Positions 51,211 through 64,000 of a stretch of 64,000 nucleotides of DNA are shown here, one piece after another (position 1 is the first letter of the stretch; every line of letters begins with the position of its first letter). The notes under the pieces were generated by a model. The model saw only the letters and a list, made by a program, of their open reading frames with translations, had not been told where the DNA came from and did no database searches. The position numbers and the translations under genes were made by a program. The DNA is from Kondoa subrosea (lineage: Eukaryota), in NCBI GenBank assembly GCA_039545335.1, contig BCIN01000002.1, positions 695,118-759,117 of the forward strand. Reading direction: 5' to 3'.

Positions 51211-52893
51211 ATGAAATCCACAATCTTAGCATCAGTCTTCTGTGCCGTCGTCTTCTCAGTCGAGGCCTCTTCCCTAGGTCAACACGCTCATCATGGTTCT
51301 TTACTTTCTTACCGTTCACACAAAAGACACGCAGCTATGACCTCTTCGTCGTCAAACAAGATGATCAAGAAACGCAAGACTCCTGGGAACGGAGACTCGA
51401 TTACCGAACCTGCTAATTTGGCTCAAGGTTCTTATACTGCCAAACAAGGTTGCGCCGTCAGTCCATTTCTTCGCTTTATAACGCTCGATCCGCGGGCTGA
51501 ACGCGGAATACTTTGGTTGACAGATTTGGCACACTGTTCAAGATGGTGAAGTCTGCTTGGGTCTTATTGACAAATCTTCAGCTGGATTCGATCTGAACAA
51601 GTTCTTGAAATTCAACCCTTCCCTCAATGACGCTTGTTCCAATTTGGAATCCGGTCAAGCTTACTGTGTGGATACTGTTGGTCAGTCCTGTTTCTTCCAA
51701 CTTAAGTCAAGTTGTATTGAAACCCAGTGGGAATGACAGCTGGAAAAGCCGCTGCCGCACCTGCACCTGCTGCTTCCGACAATAACAAGACTACGGCTCC
51801 TGCTAAATCGCTCTTGGCTGGTGGTGACAAGCCTCAAGCTGATGCTCAGAAATCCTCAGCCGATGATGATGAAGATTGCGAAGGTCAGTTCTTTGATGTT
51901 CTTCACATAAACAGCTTCTGATTGTGTGCTTAACATAGATGATGAAGATGATTCTGCTGCTGCTGATGACGATGAGGACTGCGAGGATGAAGAGGATGAT
52001 TCTGCCGGTTCGTAACAGTCTGACTTCAGCCCCGAAAAGGAGCTCAGTCGAAGGATCCGTACAGACACCGTCATCACTGTCAAGACTCAATCCAAGAACG
52101 CTCAAGCACCTCAACAAAATGCACCAGCACCAGAAAAACAAGCTTCTGCTCCTCAAGCTAAAGTCCAAGTTCAAGTACCTAAACCTTCATCCACTTATGT
52201 AGCGCCTTCCCCTACTTATGAAGCTCCTTCTTCCGCCTATGTCGCACCTAGCCCAAGTTCAACTTATGTTGCTCCTTCTCCTCAGCCTAAACCTCAGGAA
52301 CCTGCACCACCTGCTGACAATGGCGGAGACAACAACGGTGGCGGAGGCGGTTCATTCCAGTACAACAATGCTCAAGCTACTTACTACAGTGAGTACACCT
52401 CTCTATTTACCATTTAATAAGGTTTTGATGGAGGGGTTTATTCACAGTGCAAAACGGCAATCGTGCGTTATTCTGCCACGCTCCAAGCTACGCAATTGCT
52501 TACCGCAGATCTTAATGTTGTAGCTGGTTCATGCGGTGATTACAACAACGACGGTGCTTTCATCGTAGCTATCAAGGTTGGTCTCTCTTTTTTCCTTCTT
52601 TAGAGAGGTCGCTGATTGCTTGTGCAGAGCGGAATCATGGGATCTAACCTTTGCGGCAAGACCGTCAGCATTCGCAATACCGCTACTGGCAAGACTGTGA
52701 CTGCCAAAGTCGCCGATACTTGCCCTACTTGCGAAGGCGGAGCCGGTATTGATCTCTCGCAAGGCTTGTTCGGAGCTTTATCTAATGGAAACTTCGGACT
52801 CGGTGCGTTTCTACATTCCTGCATTTCCTGCATATGCTTAAATTCTCTCCTTTTTCGACAGGCGTTTTGAACGTGGATTACTCTATTCTCTAA
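51211..52893 (+). CDS. Secreted LysM + RlpA-like double-psi beta-barrel (expansin/loosenin-like) protein
   Basis: Signal peptide. Fungal LysM (C..WHTVQDGEVC...FLKFNPSLNDACSNLESGQAYCV). Acidic then Pro-rich linker. DPBB (ATYY..QNGN.GSCG...CGKTV...VADTCPTC...IDLSQGLF). Confidence 0.85.
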
Positions 52894-53411
52894 AGCCGAT
52901 TATAAAAGGGACCTCAAAGCAATGATCTGAAAATGGAAGCTGGTTCTTCTATTCAACAGACATGCTTCATACAAAGCATAAAGGGGAAAAAGGACTTTTT
53001 CATAGTAGTAACTTGTTAGATAGCACATTAAAACTTTTCTGGGTAGAGTTTTTCATTCTTCGTTCGTCGTGCAATTTTAGCCATATGCATTTCGTAGTAT
53101 TCGGGTTGTGCTTCTTCTAGGTCTCTTAAGTCATCACCTGTGCTTCAACTGGGCTTCACTCGTCTGGAGGACGCTTCAAATGCGAATAAAGCAAGCGAGA
53201 CGAAGAGAGACATAACAGAGACAGAGCGGAAGAAAGGTCAAGTCTATGCAAACTTCGTAGAGTGAAGCAGTATACACATGATCAGATATGCTTGAACTTG
53301 TATTGTAGATCAGAAAGGAAGACGCGTTTCAAATGTAGGAGATTTTGCGCTAATGGAAGAAAATGAGAAAGCAAGCTTGAACACGATTCAACTGGGCTAA
53401 TAAAGAGCCGA

Positions 53412-55112
53412 TTACTGTTGTCTATAACCAGCCATATAGCGTAGCGCGGCCGAACTGTCAAGTTTCTTCCGGGCTGCAGCAGAGACAGGCTTGTAGGTTG
53501 CTGGCTTCGAGACAGCAGAAGATATAGATGGCTGAATTGAAGCCTGGCTTGAAGTTGGAGCAGAAGATTCGGGGGATGTGGGTGCTAATTTTTGAGCTAA
53601 TGCTTCTGTACGCTTTGCCGTGCGAGTCAGACCCTCTACATTTACTTTGGTGACGGCTTTCAGATCAGCCCCAATCATAGCTGGAGAAAGAGCTTGCTTA
53701 GGTGAATTGGCATAGAGCTTAGCTGCTGTCTTCTGAGCTTTAATAAGCGTTCTGAAGCCAAAAATATGGAAACTCTGCTTCTCCCATAAAGTCTCGATTC
53801 TTTGGGTTACATCTTCAGTGATGCCTAGCTTTCCTGTAATCATAAAAAGAATTGTCAGCCTTTGGCAGCTGTTCCTGCTTGAAATCTTACCACATTTGTA
53901 AATTCGTAGCTCCCCTTGAACAAGCCGAATAAGCGACGTCTCTTGTTCCACTTCTTGATTGGATTTTGCAGAGTCAGTAGCGAAGCCAAAATGCTCGTCG
54001 ACTCGCTGCGAACCAGCCAACTGGATCAAGTGCTTGACAGCGTCGGTCGCATGATTGAACGACTCTCCCGACATGATCGCCCAACGTTTTGTCGTTGCGT
54101 CTTGAACAACCGCAAAGGAATCGAGCTTCAAAGTCTGATGATCTTTTGACTGAGCTTTGATCAGCTTGCTGAGAGCGACTATGCTATCGGTGCGAGCAGA
54201 GGAAACCGCTTGATCTTGATACCATTTGGCAATCAGCGGAATCCTGATGAATTGATAGTAGCTCATATTGAGCATCGTATCAAGACAGCAGCATAGTCTG
54301 AGGAGTACATATCAAGCAAAGGAGCCAATGCAAAGCGAAAGCCTGCAGAATGCATCATACCTTTGCAAATCTTGAACGCGACAGATCCATTCACGAATAA
54401 TCCCTCTTGCTTTTCTAGGAGCCTTGAACCAGAAGCAAGATGCGCTTGTGTCTCTACTCATCTTTGCCATGCCTCGGATGCGATCTTCCATACATGCGTC
54501 TGTAATCGCTCCACCGCTTCTGCGCTGGTACTCCACGAAATGGACTGCCATGTGACTGCAGTCCGCCTTGCAGCTTCCATCGATGAGATAGTGCAGACAA
54601 CGATGCAGGCAGGCTTGAAGACAGTGGCAAGCTTCCAGAACTCTTACATGACCGCAAGTGTTGCCGCTTTCCGCTCTATAGTAATAAGAAACAGCCATAG
54701 AGAATTCTCCAAAGTCGCGTAACCGTTGCTTCTCGAGCATTCGCTCTGCTGTGCTCCGTGCTGTCGCATAGACTTGTTTCAGTTTCACTTGTGATGGCGA
54801 CCATTCCTTAGAGTCATTGGCAAAGGCAGTAGGATCCAGAGCGAGCAGATTCTGCATGTAGATTCTTTTGCTTAGAGGCGGATTGTAAGTGATCTTTCGC
54901 CTGATCTGCGGAATCTCGAAGAAATTCAAGGTATTGACGTCTAGCAATCGACATATGACTAATGTCAAGCAATGATCTTTTCCGCCATAGTCTACTCGAG
55001 GATAGAAGCCTGAACCCTCAGCAAAAGGAATTTCGTTGAGGGCTGCAGCAGTCCCTTCGTGGTCATAATGCTCTTGTCGCAGGATCCTGATGGCTGAAGC
55101 TGACGCTGACAT
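53412..55112 (-). CDS. Hypothetical multi-exon protein
   Basis: Two long ORFs (54312-55112, 53412-54275) containing candidate introns. No motif recognised. Confidence 0.55.
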
Positions 55113-55669
55113 TTGATTAGTTAGAAGAGGTCTGCTGAAAGGAAGAACTGATGATAGAAAGAGAAGAGAAAGCTATCGCTTCGCAAAGGTCATTGAAGAC
55201 AACAAAGGGAGTTTCGAAACGGATATTAGCAAAGCATGCAAAGGCCGTGATACCGATAGAGATGATGACATCGAACAAATGAGGTCTGCTCTCATACATA
55301 AGAACGGCATTGCCCCAAAGAGTGTTGAGTGAAGAAGTTTTCGAGATACAAGACAAAGAACGAACGCGTAACAGCAACTTGCAGACTAGGGATGCTCAGG
55401 GGGGAGAGCAAGATAGACGAATGACGCTGAAAGCAAACGCGAGCCAACTTGGGATGTTCGAGGCTATGAACTCATGGAATCGCAGATCTGGGACAGAAGT
55501 CGTCGAGCACGTCATTGCCTACCTATTCGCTGTCACAAGCTGATCATGGCCGTGTGAGAGCGATTATCAAGTAAATCCATCCAAGTTCTGGTTGCTCCGT
55601 TTCCGCGAAGCCGACAGGATAGATCTTATTCCTTCTTCATCCTCTAGCCTGGGCTAGCACATCTTCAAC

Positions 55670-57131
55670 ATGCGATCCTTACCTGCAGAATTGCTTCTCC
55701 AGATCTTCAGAGCCGGCCAAGGCTCGCTAACCTTCCCAAATTATCGCTTCTTCTACAACCTTGCACTTGTGTCGAGACAGTTCCACAATCTCGCTATTCC
55801 TCTGTTGTATGCATTGCTCGGTCATAGAGTCACAAACCTGGTGGTAGACAAGGGATGGCCTGGTAAGGCTCGAGGGCAGCAGTACACTCGGGAACTGCAA
55901 TTGGACTTTGGTTCGACTTCTTTTGTGGTGTATGAGGACAGTGACGGGGCGTCGGAGTACAATGATAATGATGCTGATCCACATGAAGCGGAGAGACGTT
56001 TCCTTAAGCTGTGGTCGGAGATGAATACTCATTGGCAAGGCTACAACAATGTCCAAGTGCTGGAGATTAGTACTTGGGGCTTAAATACCGAGGACTCGTC
56101 GGAAGAGAAGCTGACTCCTGGACAACAGCAGGATTACATTCGACAGGCTTTCAAAACAATTCCGGCCTTTTCTTTAGCGCAAGTTCATGATTTCAGAGTG
56201 GCTGGTGCTGGTCCCATGCGCTGGACCCAATGCACGGCGTTGATCCAAAATGTAATTCCCAATGTGAGGAAGTTGACTTTGGAAGGCGAGTTGCATCTGT
56301 GTTTCCAGCCAACTTGCTAATAGCAGACGAACAGATCCCGAGCATGAGTATATTTTTGAACGTTCCATTTCCGAATCTTCGCAAACTCCGCATGTGGCCA
56401 AGACCTATCGATCAGGCAATCCAAGCTTAGAGGCTGTATTCTTGCATCTCATCAACGATTATGGCTTTGAACTTGTCTCTGTGAGAAGCAGCTTATTTGA
56501 AAGCTTACAGACGGATCCGATTTTACCTTCAATTGTACCGATTTCGTCTCTCCGACATTTACAAATCTATGGTTTGGCCGAACCAGCACAGCTTCAAAGC
56601 TTCTTCGCTAAGCTCTCAACATTAACAGTACTTAAGCTAGCTGGTAGAGCAAAATTGAATGTTCAGTTCAGGCCTCGAGATCTTTCAGGCTCAACACCTT
56701 TCTCTTACTTGTCTCAGCAACCGTTTGCCAAATCTCTGCAAGTTTTGAGCTTGGATTATTACGAGTGGTCGGAGATTGAAGATTGGCCCGTCCTCTTCTC
56801 CGCCTTCCCTAGCCTTCTCGAATTTGATTACCACGAGCAGCGTCACGGCAGAATTACTTCCGAAACTCGATCGAATACAAGCATTGCGCTCGGTCAGATG
56901 TCTGCCGGTAGACCTGAAATGAAATGCAACTTCAAAATGTACTCCTTGTATAAGAAAGTTTTAGGTCCACCTGAAACTCCTTCCGTATGGGAAGGTGCTG
57001 GTACTATCGGTCTGAGCGTATTGAATGGGGAGTTGACCGTCGAACCTGTTCCGAAATGGCAGAGGAAAGGGCAACAGGAAGAGGGTTTTCTGGAAGCAGT
57101 AAAACTCCTGGGAGCGAGCGAAGGTGATTGA
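55670..57131 (+). CDS. F-box protein with RNI/LRR-like C-terminal region
   Basis: N-terminal SLPAELLLQIF...LALVSRQFHNLAIPLLY. LxxLxL repeats (VRKLTL, LRKLRM, LRHLQI, LTVLKL, LQVLSL). Confidence 0.75.
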
Positions 57132-57362
57132 TCTGTCTATCGCTCTATCATTTGAGCTGACACTTCCATAGACGAGATTGCGGTGCTTTTGTACCAGTGG
57201 AGGATTGAACATGCCGACTTGTGCAATGACCATGAATAAACACATCGGATGGGGACATGATTCGAGAGATCTGTCGAGACGACGATAAATAACTGATAAA
57301 TAGCATACATACAAAAGCAGCCTAATATTAAGCACATAATATCTACTATAGTGATAAACCCT

Positions 57363-59362
57363 CTATGCAACCTGTCTGAACCCTGACTCGGCCCATATAG
57401 TAGGTAAAAAGACAACGCAAGCCGTATAGAGCTGTTTCAACGAACATCAGCTTCAGTGGCTTTAAATCAGGACGAGCTCACGATTGAGAAACTCCTGTAG
57501 AACAGCGCTGGGTATTCCAATGGACTGGGTGCGCTTTTCTGACCTGATCGAGGCTGGGTAAACATCAGGTAGATGGAATAGAAAGCTACTGCAAAGAAGT
57601 GGTAGAAAAGCAGCGCCTGAGATGGTTTGAGTCTGTCAATGCCACAAGGCCGTCAGCTACAGTATAGCTTTGAAGACCTCGTCAACTGACCCTGATAAGA
57701 ACGAAACGGGATCCTCCACACATCGACCACCCTTTTCGAAATATTTGAAACAGCCCATCTTAAGAACCTCCAAGTTATCATCTGTCAAATGTGGGCTATC
57801 TTAGCTGCAATTCAGCTGTAAGAAATACTTCCACTGACCATCTGCGCCAAACAAGGAATACAGCGCCTGAGCAAGCACATTAATCGTTCCACTCAGTCCT
57901 TTACGTTTCCAGAACCAAGTTTCAGCCGCTTCCCTAACTTGAGAATTGACCCAATCTTGTTCGTCATCATTCAATTGACCTTCTTTTTTTAAACTAACGA
58001 AATCAATTGGTTTCTCTCTTGCTGCACCCAATAAATCCGTCAAGATTACTGCATCGTTTAATCCTACAGTCATTCCTCCTCCTGTAAGTGGATGACGCAT
58101 GTTCAATGCATCGCCAACGAGAAGACATCCGTGAGCTGTTGGAATTTGATGTTGAGGATAAGCGGGCAGAACAGAGTTCGGCATTGATCGTAGTCGACCT
58201 TCTGAGCTTGAGAGTGACTCTTGAGAAATGGCTGAAGTGAAAGATGGAATGAGAGAAGGTGGAAGACAAGGTAAGACGTGAGTTTTCAGGTGATTCTGTG
58301 TTTCACGTCAGCATTAAGTCAACAACAGCTTCGGAATGCTAGCTCACCTGCAGATCTCCATTACCTATTGACGGTAATTTGGCTCCAGGTACATCAACCA
58401 GCATTCGTGTATCATGTTTCGATAATTGATAGACCAACACTGGACCGCCTCTGCCAGAAGTAGCATTTGCTTCATCTGACAGAGCCGAGTCGTCTTTCAA
58501 GATGACGTGACCGTGACCAGGAGCTGGCAAATCTGCATCTTTCAACAACAAGGCGACAAAGTTTGATCGGACTACTGGTGTTGGTGCAGCTTGAGGTAAA
58601 ATCATTTTGCGAAACTTGGAAGCGTAGCCATCAATGATAAGAGTGAGAGGGGCCTTGAAATCGACAGAAGAAGGAGGGGATGAAGTAGAAGTAGAAGTAG
58701 TGGGGTAATTTGCTTTAGCTGATGGAGTTGTTCGAACACCAATGAATTGACCAGGATGAACTTCAGATCGAATCAGATCGTTTGCTGTGCCTTCAACTAG
58801 TGTAACGTTCGGGCAAGTAATGGCTTTCTTTCTCAAAGCATCCACGAAATGACCATGATGAAACGATCTTCCTTCAGCTTGATTCTCAAACTTGGCTTCA
58901 GGTCCATCTTCACCTCCACTCTTTCCGTCTTCACCAAAAGCGACTTTGACATTCTCTGGCCATTGAGGGTAAGGAATAGGTACATCTTTCGCTCCCCAAT
59001 AAACCTGATAACCTCTGCATACTCTTGAATCAATCTTGTCAAGACAATCCAGCATGCCTAGTTTGTTCAATGCGATACATCCAGCAGGTTGAAGCAGTTC
59101 GCCAACGATTCGATCTGGTACTGAGAGGTCCCTTTCAAGCAGAAGTACTCGACGTCCAGATTGGCCTAAGCCGTAAGCTAGACCACAGCCAACGATTCCA
59201 GCGCCAACAATAATGAAATCCTATTGAAAGCCCGAACTTTGAGCACTTGCAGGAGTATTGACTGAGTTCGGGGCTCACGTATTTCTTCTTTGCTGCTAGC
59301 GCAGGATCGCAGCTGACCAAGCGATCGTTACTGGTACTGTGAGACATCTCTGATGCTGCCAT
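57363..59362 (-). CDS. ERG1: Squalene epoxidase
   Basis: IIVGAGIVGC, PDRIVGELLQPAG, GRSFHHGHFV, GPVLVYQ, RSMPNS, GDALNMRHPLTGGGMTV and INVLAQALYSLF. Confidence 0.95.
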
Positions 59363-59618
59363 CTGAAGCGGAGCAAGACTTGATAATGTGTTGTTGGGAT
59401 TTTGAGCGATCAAGGCAAGTAGCTTAGGCGCAGATTTCAGGCGCCTTCAATCTTCCGTTGTGTCGTGAGCGAATTGCAATGCGATGCAAGGATATACCAG
59501 AGCTTGATCGTGGTATCAAGATGACCCTAATCAATTTTTGTTGTCAAAGCAAATTATGCGATCATCGAAAGCGAGAAAAAGGCAAAGATCTATAATACAC
59601 CTCAAAGAAGAGCCACCA

Positions 59619-61795
59619 CTACTGATATCTCTTCTTTCCAATAGGACCAGCATATCCACCTCGAGCAGTAGCTTTCTTGCCTTGGCCTCTTTGCCTGAAA
59701 TCTTCCTTCTCCTTCCTACCCCTAATCTTCTTTGGTGCTCGTCCATCCTCATCTGCACCTTCATCTGCTGAGCCGTTCTCGATGGGTTGACTTCTGGCAT
59801 GCGATCCAGCTGTTCGGCATGGTTTTTTCAGCAATGCAACCTGCTGAAAAAAACACATTCACGAACGAATGTTGACCGCTGGCGGTATCGGGAACCCAAA
59901 TGCCCTTGCTACTTTCGCTAGATCCAAATCATGCACGTTGAAGATCTTCTTGAGCGAATACGAAGCATAAGACTGAATATAAGCTCTATACCCATCTCGA
60001 GCTGATTGATGAAGGTAGTAGTTCTTCGAAATGAGTTTCTCGAGCTGTTACAGTAATTCAAAATCAGATAGAGATAGGAATTCGATAATAGACTTACTTG
60101 AGATTGGACATTTGCGATCTTGTTATTTGGGAAAGAATATTCGTTGAGCGGAACTTTGGCTACTTTGAGGAATCGAAGGAAGCCAAGTTCGGAAGGTAAG
60201 AGGAAAAGGAGTGATTTGCCTTTGCGACCTGCTCGAGCTGTCCGACCAACTCGATGAATGTAATCTCTTGGATCGTCTGGAGGATCGAATTGAATGATCC
60301 AATCCACTGCTGGGATATCGAGACCTCTCGCTGCCACATCTGTGCAGAGCAGAATTCCGGAAGGAGCATTGATGAATTCGAAGAAGGTGTTTGTGCGTTT
60401 CTGTTGCTTTTGCTTTCCCTGTCAATGCAAACGTCACTCCAAATCGGCCTTATACTGATGAGTAAACTGATGCCACTGACATGTAAGTCCAGCACGGGCA
60501 CGTCAACATAGTTCAGCAGTTCACCATGATATTTGACACTGTTACAACTCGAGAAGAAGACAATGATCTTTTTTCCGAGGTTCTTCTTGAGGAAAGTGAA
60601 GAGCAGGAGGAAGCGCTTGTCAGATTTGCACACGACATAACCTTGTTCAAGGCCTTCTGCTGTTGATGTTTCTTTATGCGAATCGACGTTGATGTATAAA
60701 GGACCAGGTCGAAGTGATATCCTAGCTAAATCTGCGACTTTGGTAGTTTGAGTAGCGGAGAAGAGCATAGTTTGTCGATTATCTGTTAGTTTCCTCAGTC
60801 GTCAAAGAGCTAGCCCAAATGACAGCAAGACTAACCTGAAGGTAAGATATGGATGATCTTCCGCATTTCCTCTTCGAACCCAATTTCCAGTATCCGATCC
60901 GCTTCATCAATGATCAAAGCTTTCAGGTTATCGAAAACAAATCCCTTTGTATTTTCCAGATGATCCAGAAGTCGACCAGGAGTAGCAATAAGAAGATTGA
61001 CACCTTTGAGCAGCTTTTCCACTTCGCTTTTCCTGTTCGCACCACCCATGACTATTGCAAAAGTTTGATGATGATGTTTGCAGAGCTCTTTCGCCACGCC
61101 AAAGGTTTGTAATGCCAATTCGCGAGTAGGTGCAATGACTATAGCTCCAGTACCTGTCATTCAAGAGGATGAGAAATCAGCGCTACGCCGAATATCATCA
61201 CCATCCCAAGCTGACCGTTTCTGGGCTTAAACTTAAGTTTGCTCAGCATTTCAATAGCAGGTAACAGAAAAGCGAGCGTTTTGCCAGAACCAGTTTTCGC
61301 AGCACCAAGCACGTCTTTACCAGCCATAAGCGGAGGTATACAACGAGCTTGAATTTCAGTCATTTGCTTGAACCCTAAGTCTTCTATTGCTTTTTTCGAA
61401 TGCAAAGTGAAATCTATTGAGTCGAATGAAAGATCCAACGGAGGACCGGATGATTGTGAAGGAGCATGTTGAGCTGCTAGAGCTGATGAGAAGGCTTCCA
61501 AAGATTCTTCCGCTGAGGCTCCATCGAATGCAGGTGTAGATACGTTTTCCATTGCTTCTTGTCGGTCTGGATGCATAGTAGAAGTACTGGCTACGGGTTG
61601 TTCAGTCTCAGAATCCTGCTCCTCTGACTCCTGTGCCGCAAACTCTTGCTCAATAGCAGGCTCAAGTCCATCCACTACAACATTTGCAGAAGTCGAGGCA
61701 GCCGACGGACGCTTCCTCTTGCGCTTGGTTAGGGTATCTCCATTCGATTGAGTAACTTTAGCAGGTCGCTTGCTCTTCGCCTTATCGCTAGCCAT
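59619..61795 (-). CDS. HAS1: DEAD-box RNA helicase Has1 (DDX18)
   Basis: [56 protein letters not shown] and [18 protein letters not shown]. Confidence 0.95.
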
Positions 61796-62032
61796 GACTT
61801 CTTGGAATTGGGAAAAGATTTTCGCTTTTTTTGCTTGACGCGGTTCAAAGGTGAAAGGGTGGCGCAAGGGTAACAAAGACAAATAGCATTTCCCATAAGC
61901 ATACACACAATTTTAATGAATGAGTCTAAATCTTGGACAAAACATGATCTCTTTCTAATACCCAACCCAACTCTTGGAATGATTCTACAAAAAAATTTCG
62001 ACGAGACGCAGCGAGACAGAAAGAGAGGTCGC

Positions 62033-64000
62033 TTAGGCGGAGGCAGAGATGGTTTGAGCTTGAGGAGCGAAACGAGTCGCCCTCAACGATCTCCTTGTCA
62101 TACTGCCAGCTGAAGGTAATCGTGATTCGGTCTGAGTGAGGAAGGCGTCGACATCCACAGCTGCTGCTCGACCTTCTTGTATGCCCTGCGTGCATCACAT
62201 CGTGAGTACAAATGGAGTGACTCTAAATCATCAAGAACTTACCCATACGATCAAGGATTGACCACGACGAGCATCACCAGCAGCGAAAACACCATCAACG
62301 TTGGTAGCGTATTTGCCCTTTGCGGTCTTGATGTTGCTTCGAGGATCTTGCTCAAGACCAAGAGTCTTGATCGCCGCTTCTTCGGGACCCAAGAAACCGA
62401 GAGCAAGCAAGCACAACTCGGCAGGGAAGACTATTGGAAGCAAGTTAGACCAATTGTAGCAAAGTAAGGTAAGAAAGGTGAACTTACATTGAGTCGAATT
62501 GGGCACTTCAGCCATCTTCCAAGCTCCACTGTGATCCTTTGTCCACTCGACACGCACAGTATTGAGACCCTTCAAGTTGCCTTCTTCATCCTTGACAAAG
62601 TCTTTGGTTGAAATGCAGTATTCACGAGGATCTTTGCCAAAGTGTGAAGCAACTTCAGTATGACCGTAGTCAACTCGGAAGATTCTAGGCCAAGTCGGCC
62701 AGGGGTTGTCAGACCCACGAGCAGCAGGAGGTTGAGGGAGGAGTTCGAAGTTGGTGACGGAAAGAGCACCATGACGCATTGATGTACCGATGCAATCGTT
62801 TCCTGTATCACCACCACCGATCACAATGACATTCTTGCCCTTTGCACTGATGTAGCGACCATCTTCGAGGTTTGAGTCAAGGAGACTGCGAGTGTTTTGA
62901 GTAAGAAGTTCCATTGCGAAATGGATTCCATTTGCTTCGCGATTGGCAATTTTCAAGTCCCGAGGCCATGTTGCACCAGTAGCCATGACCAAGGCGTCGT
63001 TGGATGAGCGCAGTTCATGTGGATCAAGATCCCTTCCGATATGAGTGTTGTTGACGAATGTGATGCCTTCATCAGCCATCAAGTCAAGACGTCGTTGAAC
63101 AACCTGTCCCATACGAGCGTCAGCGTTGTTCTGAGTTCCTCGTGACACAACACAACATACCTTCTTGTCCAGCTTCATGTTCGGGATACCGTACATGAGC
63201 AAACCGCCGAATCGGTCGTTTCGCTCATATACGGTAACCGAGTGACCAGCTTTGTTAAGCTGATCTGCACATGCAAGACCAGCTGGTCCAGAGCCGACAA
63301 TGGCGACCTTCTTACCGGTGCGGTAAGCAGGAGGCTGAGGTACCATCCAACCTTCTTCGAAACCTTTGTCGATAATAGCGCACTCGATAGACTTGATTCC
63401 GACTGGAGCTTCATTGATACCCACTGCCAACATGTCATCAGCATTGAATGATAGAAACAGTCAAGTATACATACAGACACAGGCACCTTCGCAAGGCGCA
63501 GGGCAAACTCGACCAGTGAATTCTGGGAAGTTGTTGGTCATAAGAAGACGATTGAGCGCATCTCTCCATTGACCCTTGAAAACAAGATCGTTCCAGCGAG
63601 GGATAATGTTGGAGATAGGACATCCGCTGTCGGACTGGCAGAAAGGAACACCGCAATCCATACATCTTGCTGCTTGAACTTTCAACTCGTTGTCGGTCAA
63701 GCGTGTGCTGAGTTCTCCCCAGTCTTTGGTACGCTTGCGAGGCTATTTCCACATGGTCAGCTCTGTACGCAAGCGAAGGCAAAGAAAGAACCTACGTTGC
63801 GGTATTTCTCAGACAACCGAGCATACTTCATGAAGCCTCTCGTTTTGTCCAGCTTCTCGGCCTTCTTCTTGGTCATTGTATCATCGACCATCGAGTCTTC
63901 GAGATCAACAATAGGAGCTTCGCTATAACCAGCCTTTGCGCCAGGGAATTCAGTACCAGTGTTGGCGGTAGTCTTGGACTTCTGTTCCAAGGTAGAGTTG
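62033..64000 (-). CDS. GLT1: NADH-dependent glutamate synthase, C-terminal part (gene continues beyond window)
   Basis: [63 protein letters not shown] and [13 protein letters not shown]. Confidence 0.96.

Noticed and set aside
25328..64000. LAAO, ORT1-like carrier and GLT1 as one nitrogen gene cluster
   Set aside because: They are separated by many unrelated housekeeping genes, so this is likely coincidence.
1..64000. tRNA, rRNA and transposable elements
   Set aside because: No cloverleaf, rRNA-like sequence, transposase/RT motif or terminal repeats recognised by eye. Small ncRNAs such as snoRNAs cannot be excluded without Infernal or tRNAscan-SE.

Overview
Gene-dense, intron-rich fungal DNA with short (~45-70 nt) mostly GT-AG introns and many micro-exons. 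It is most consistent with a basidiomycete yeast (inference). About 30 protein-coding genes can be reconstructed by hand, so exon boundaries are approximate. Recognisable housekeeping genes: COX16, CDK1/CDC28, a UBP3-type deubiquitinase, MAD1, an ORT1-like carrier, a DNA ligase I-family paralogue, HEM3, a SERF/4F5 protein, VMA13, YPT1, ERG1, HAS1 and the 3' part of GLT1. Best candidate for an unusual system: a head-to-head pair at 24.1-28.4 kb encoding a signal-peptide-bearing Rid (YjgF/YER057c/UK114) imine deaminase and a signal-peptide-bearing L-amino-acid oxidase. The two share a ~430-bp promoter with GATA sites, including an inverted GATA pair, which suggests an extracellular oxidase-plus-imine-hydrolase nitrogen-scavenging module. 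Other notable items: an intron-containing gene with a leukocidin/hemolysin-like beta-pore-forming stem, divergent from a very diverged carbon-nitrogen hydrolase (2.5-5.7 kb); a secreted exon-duplicated Cys-hairpin/Pro-Ala repeat protein; a double-MYND protein not visible in the ORF track; and a LysM + RlpA/expansin-like fusion. No rRNA, tRNA, CRISPR array or transposon was recognised.
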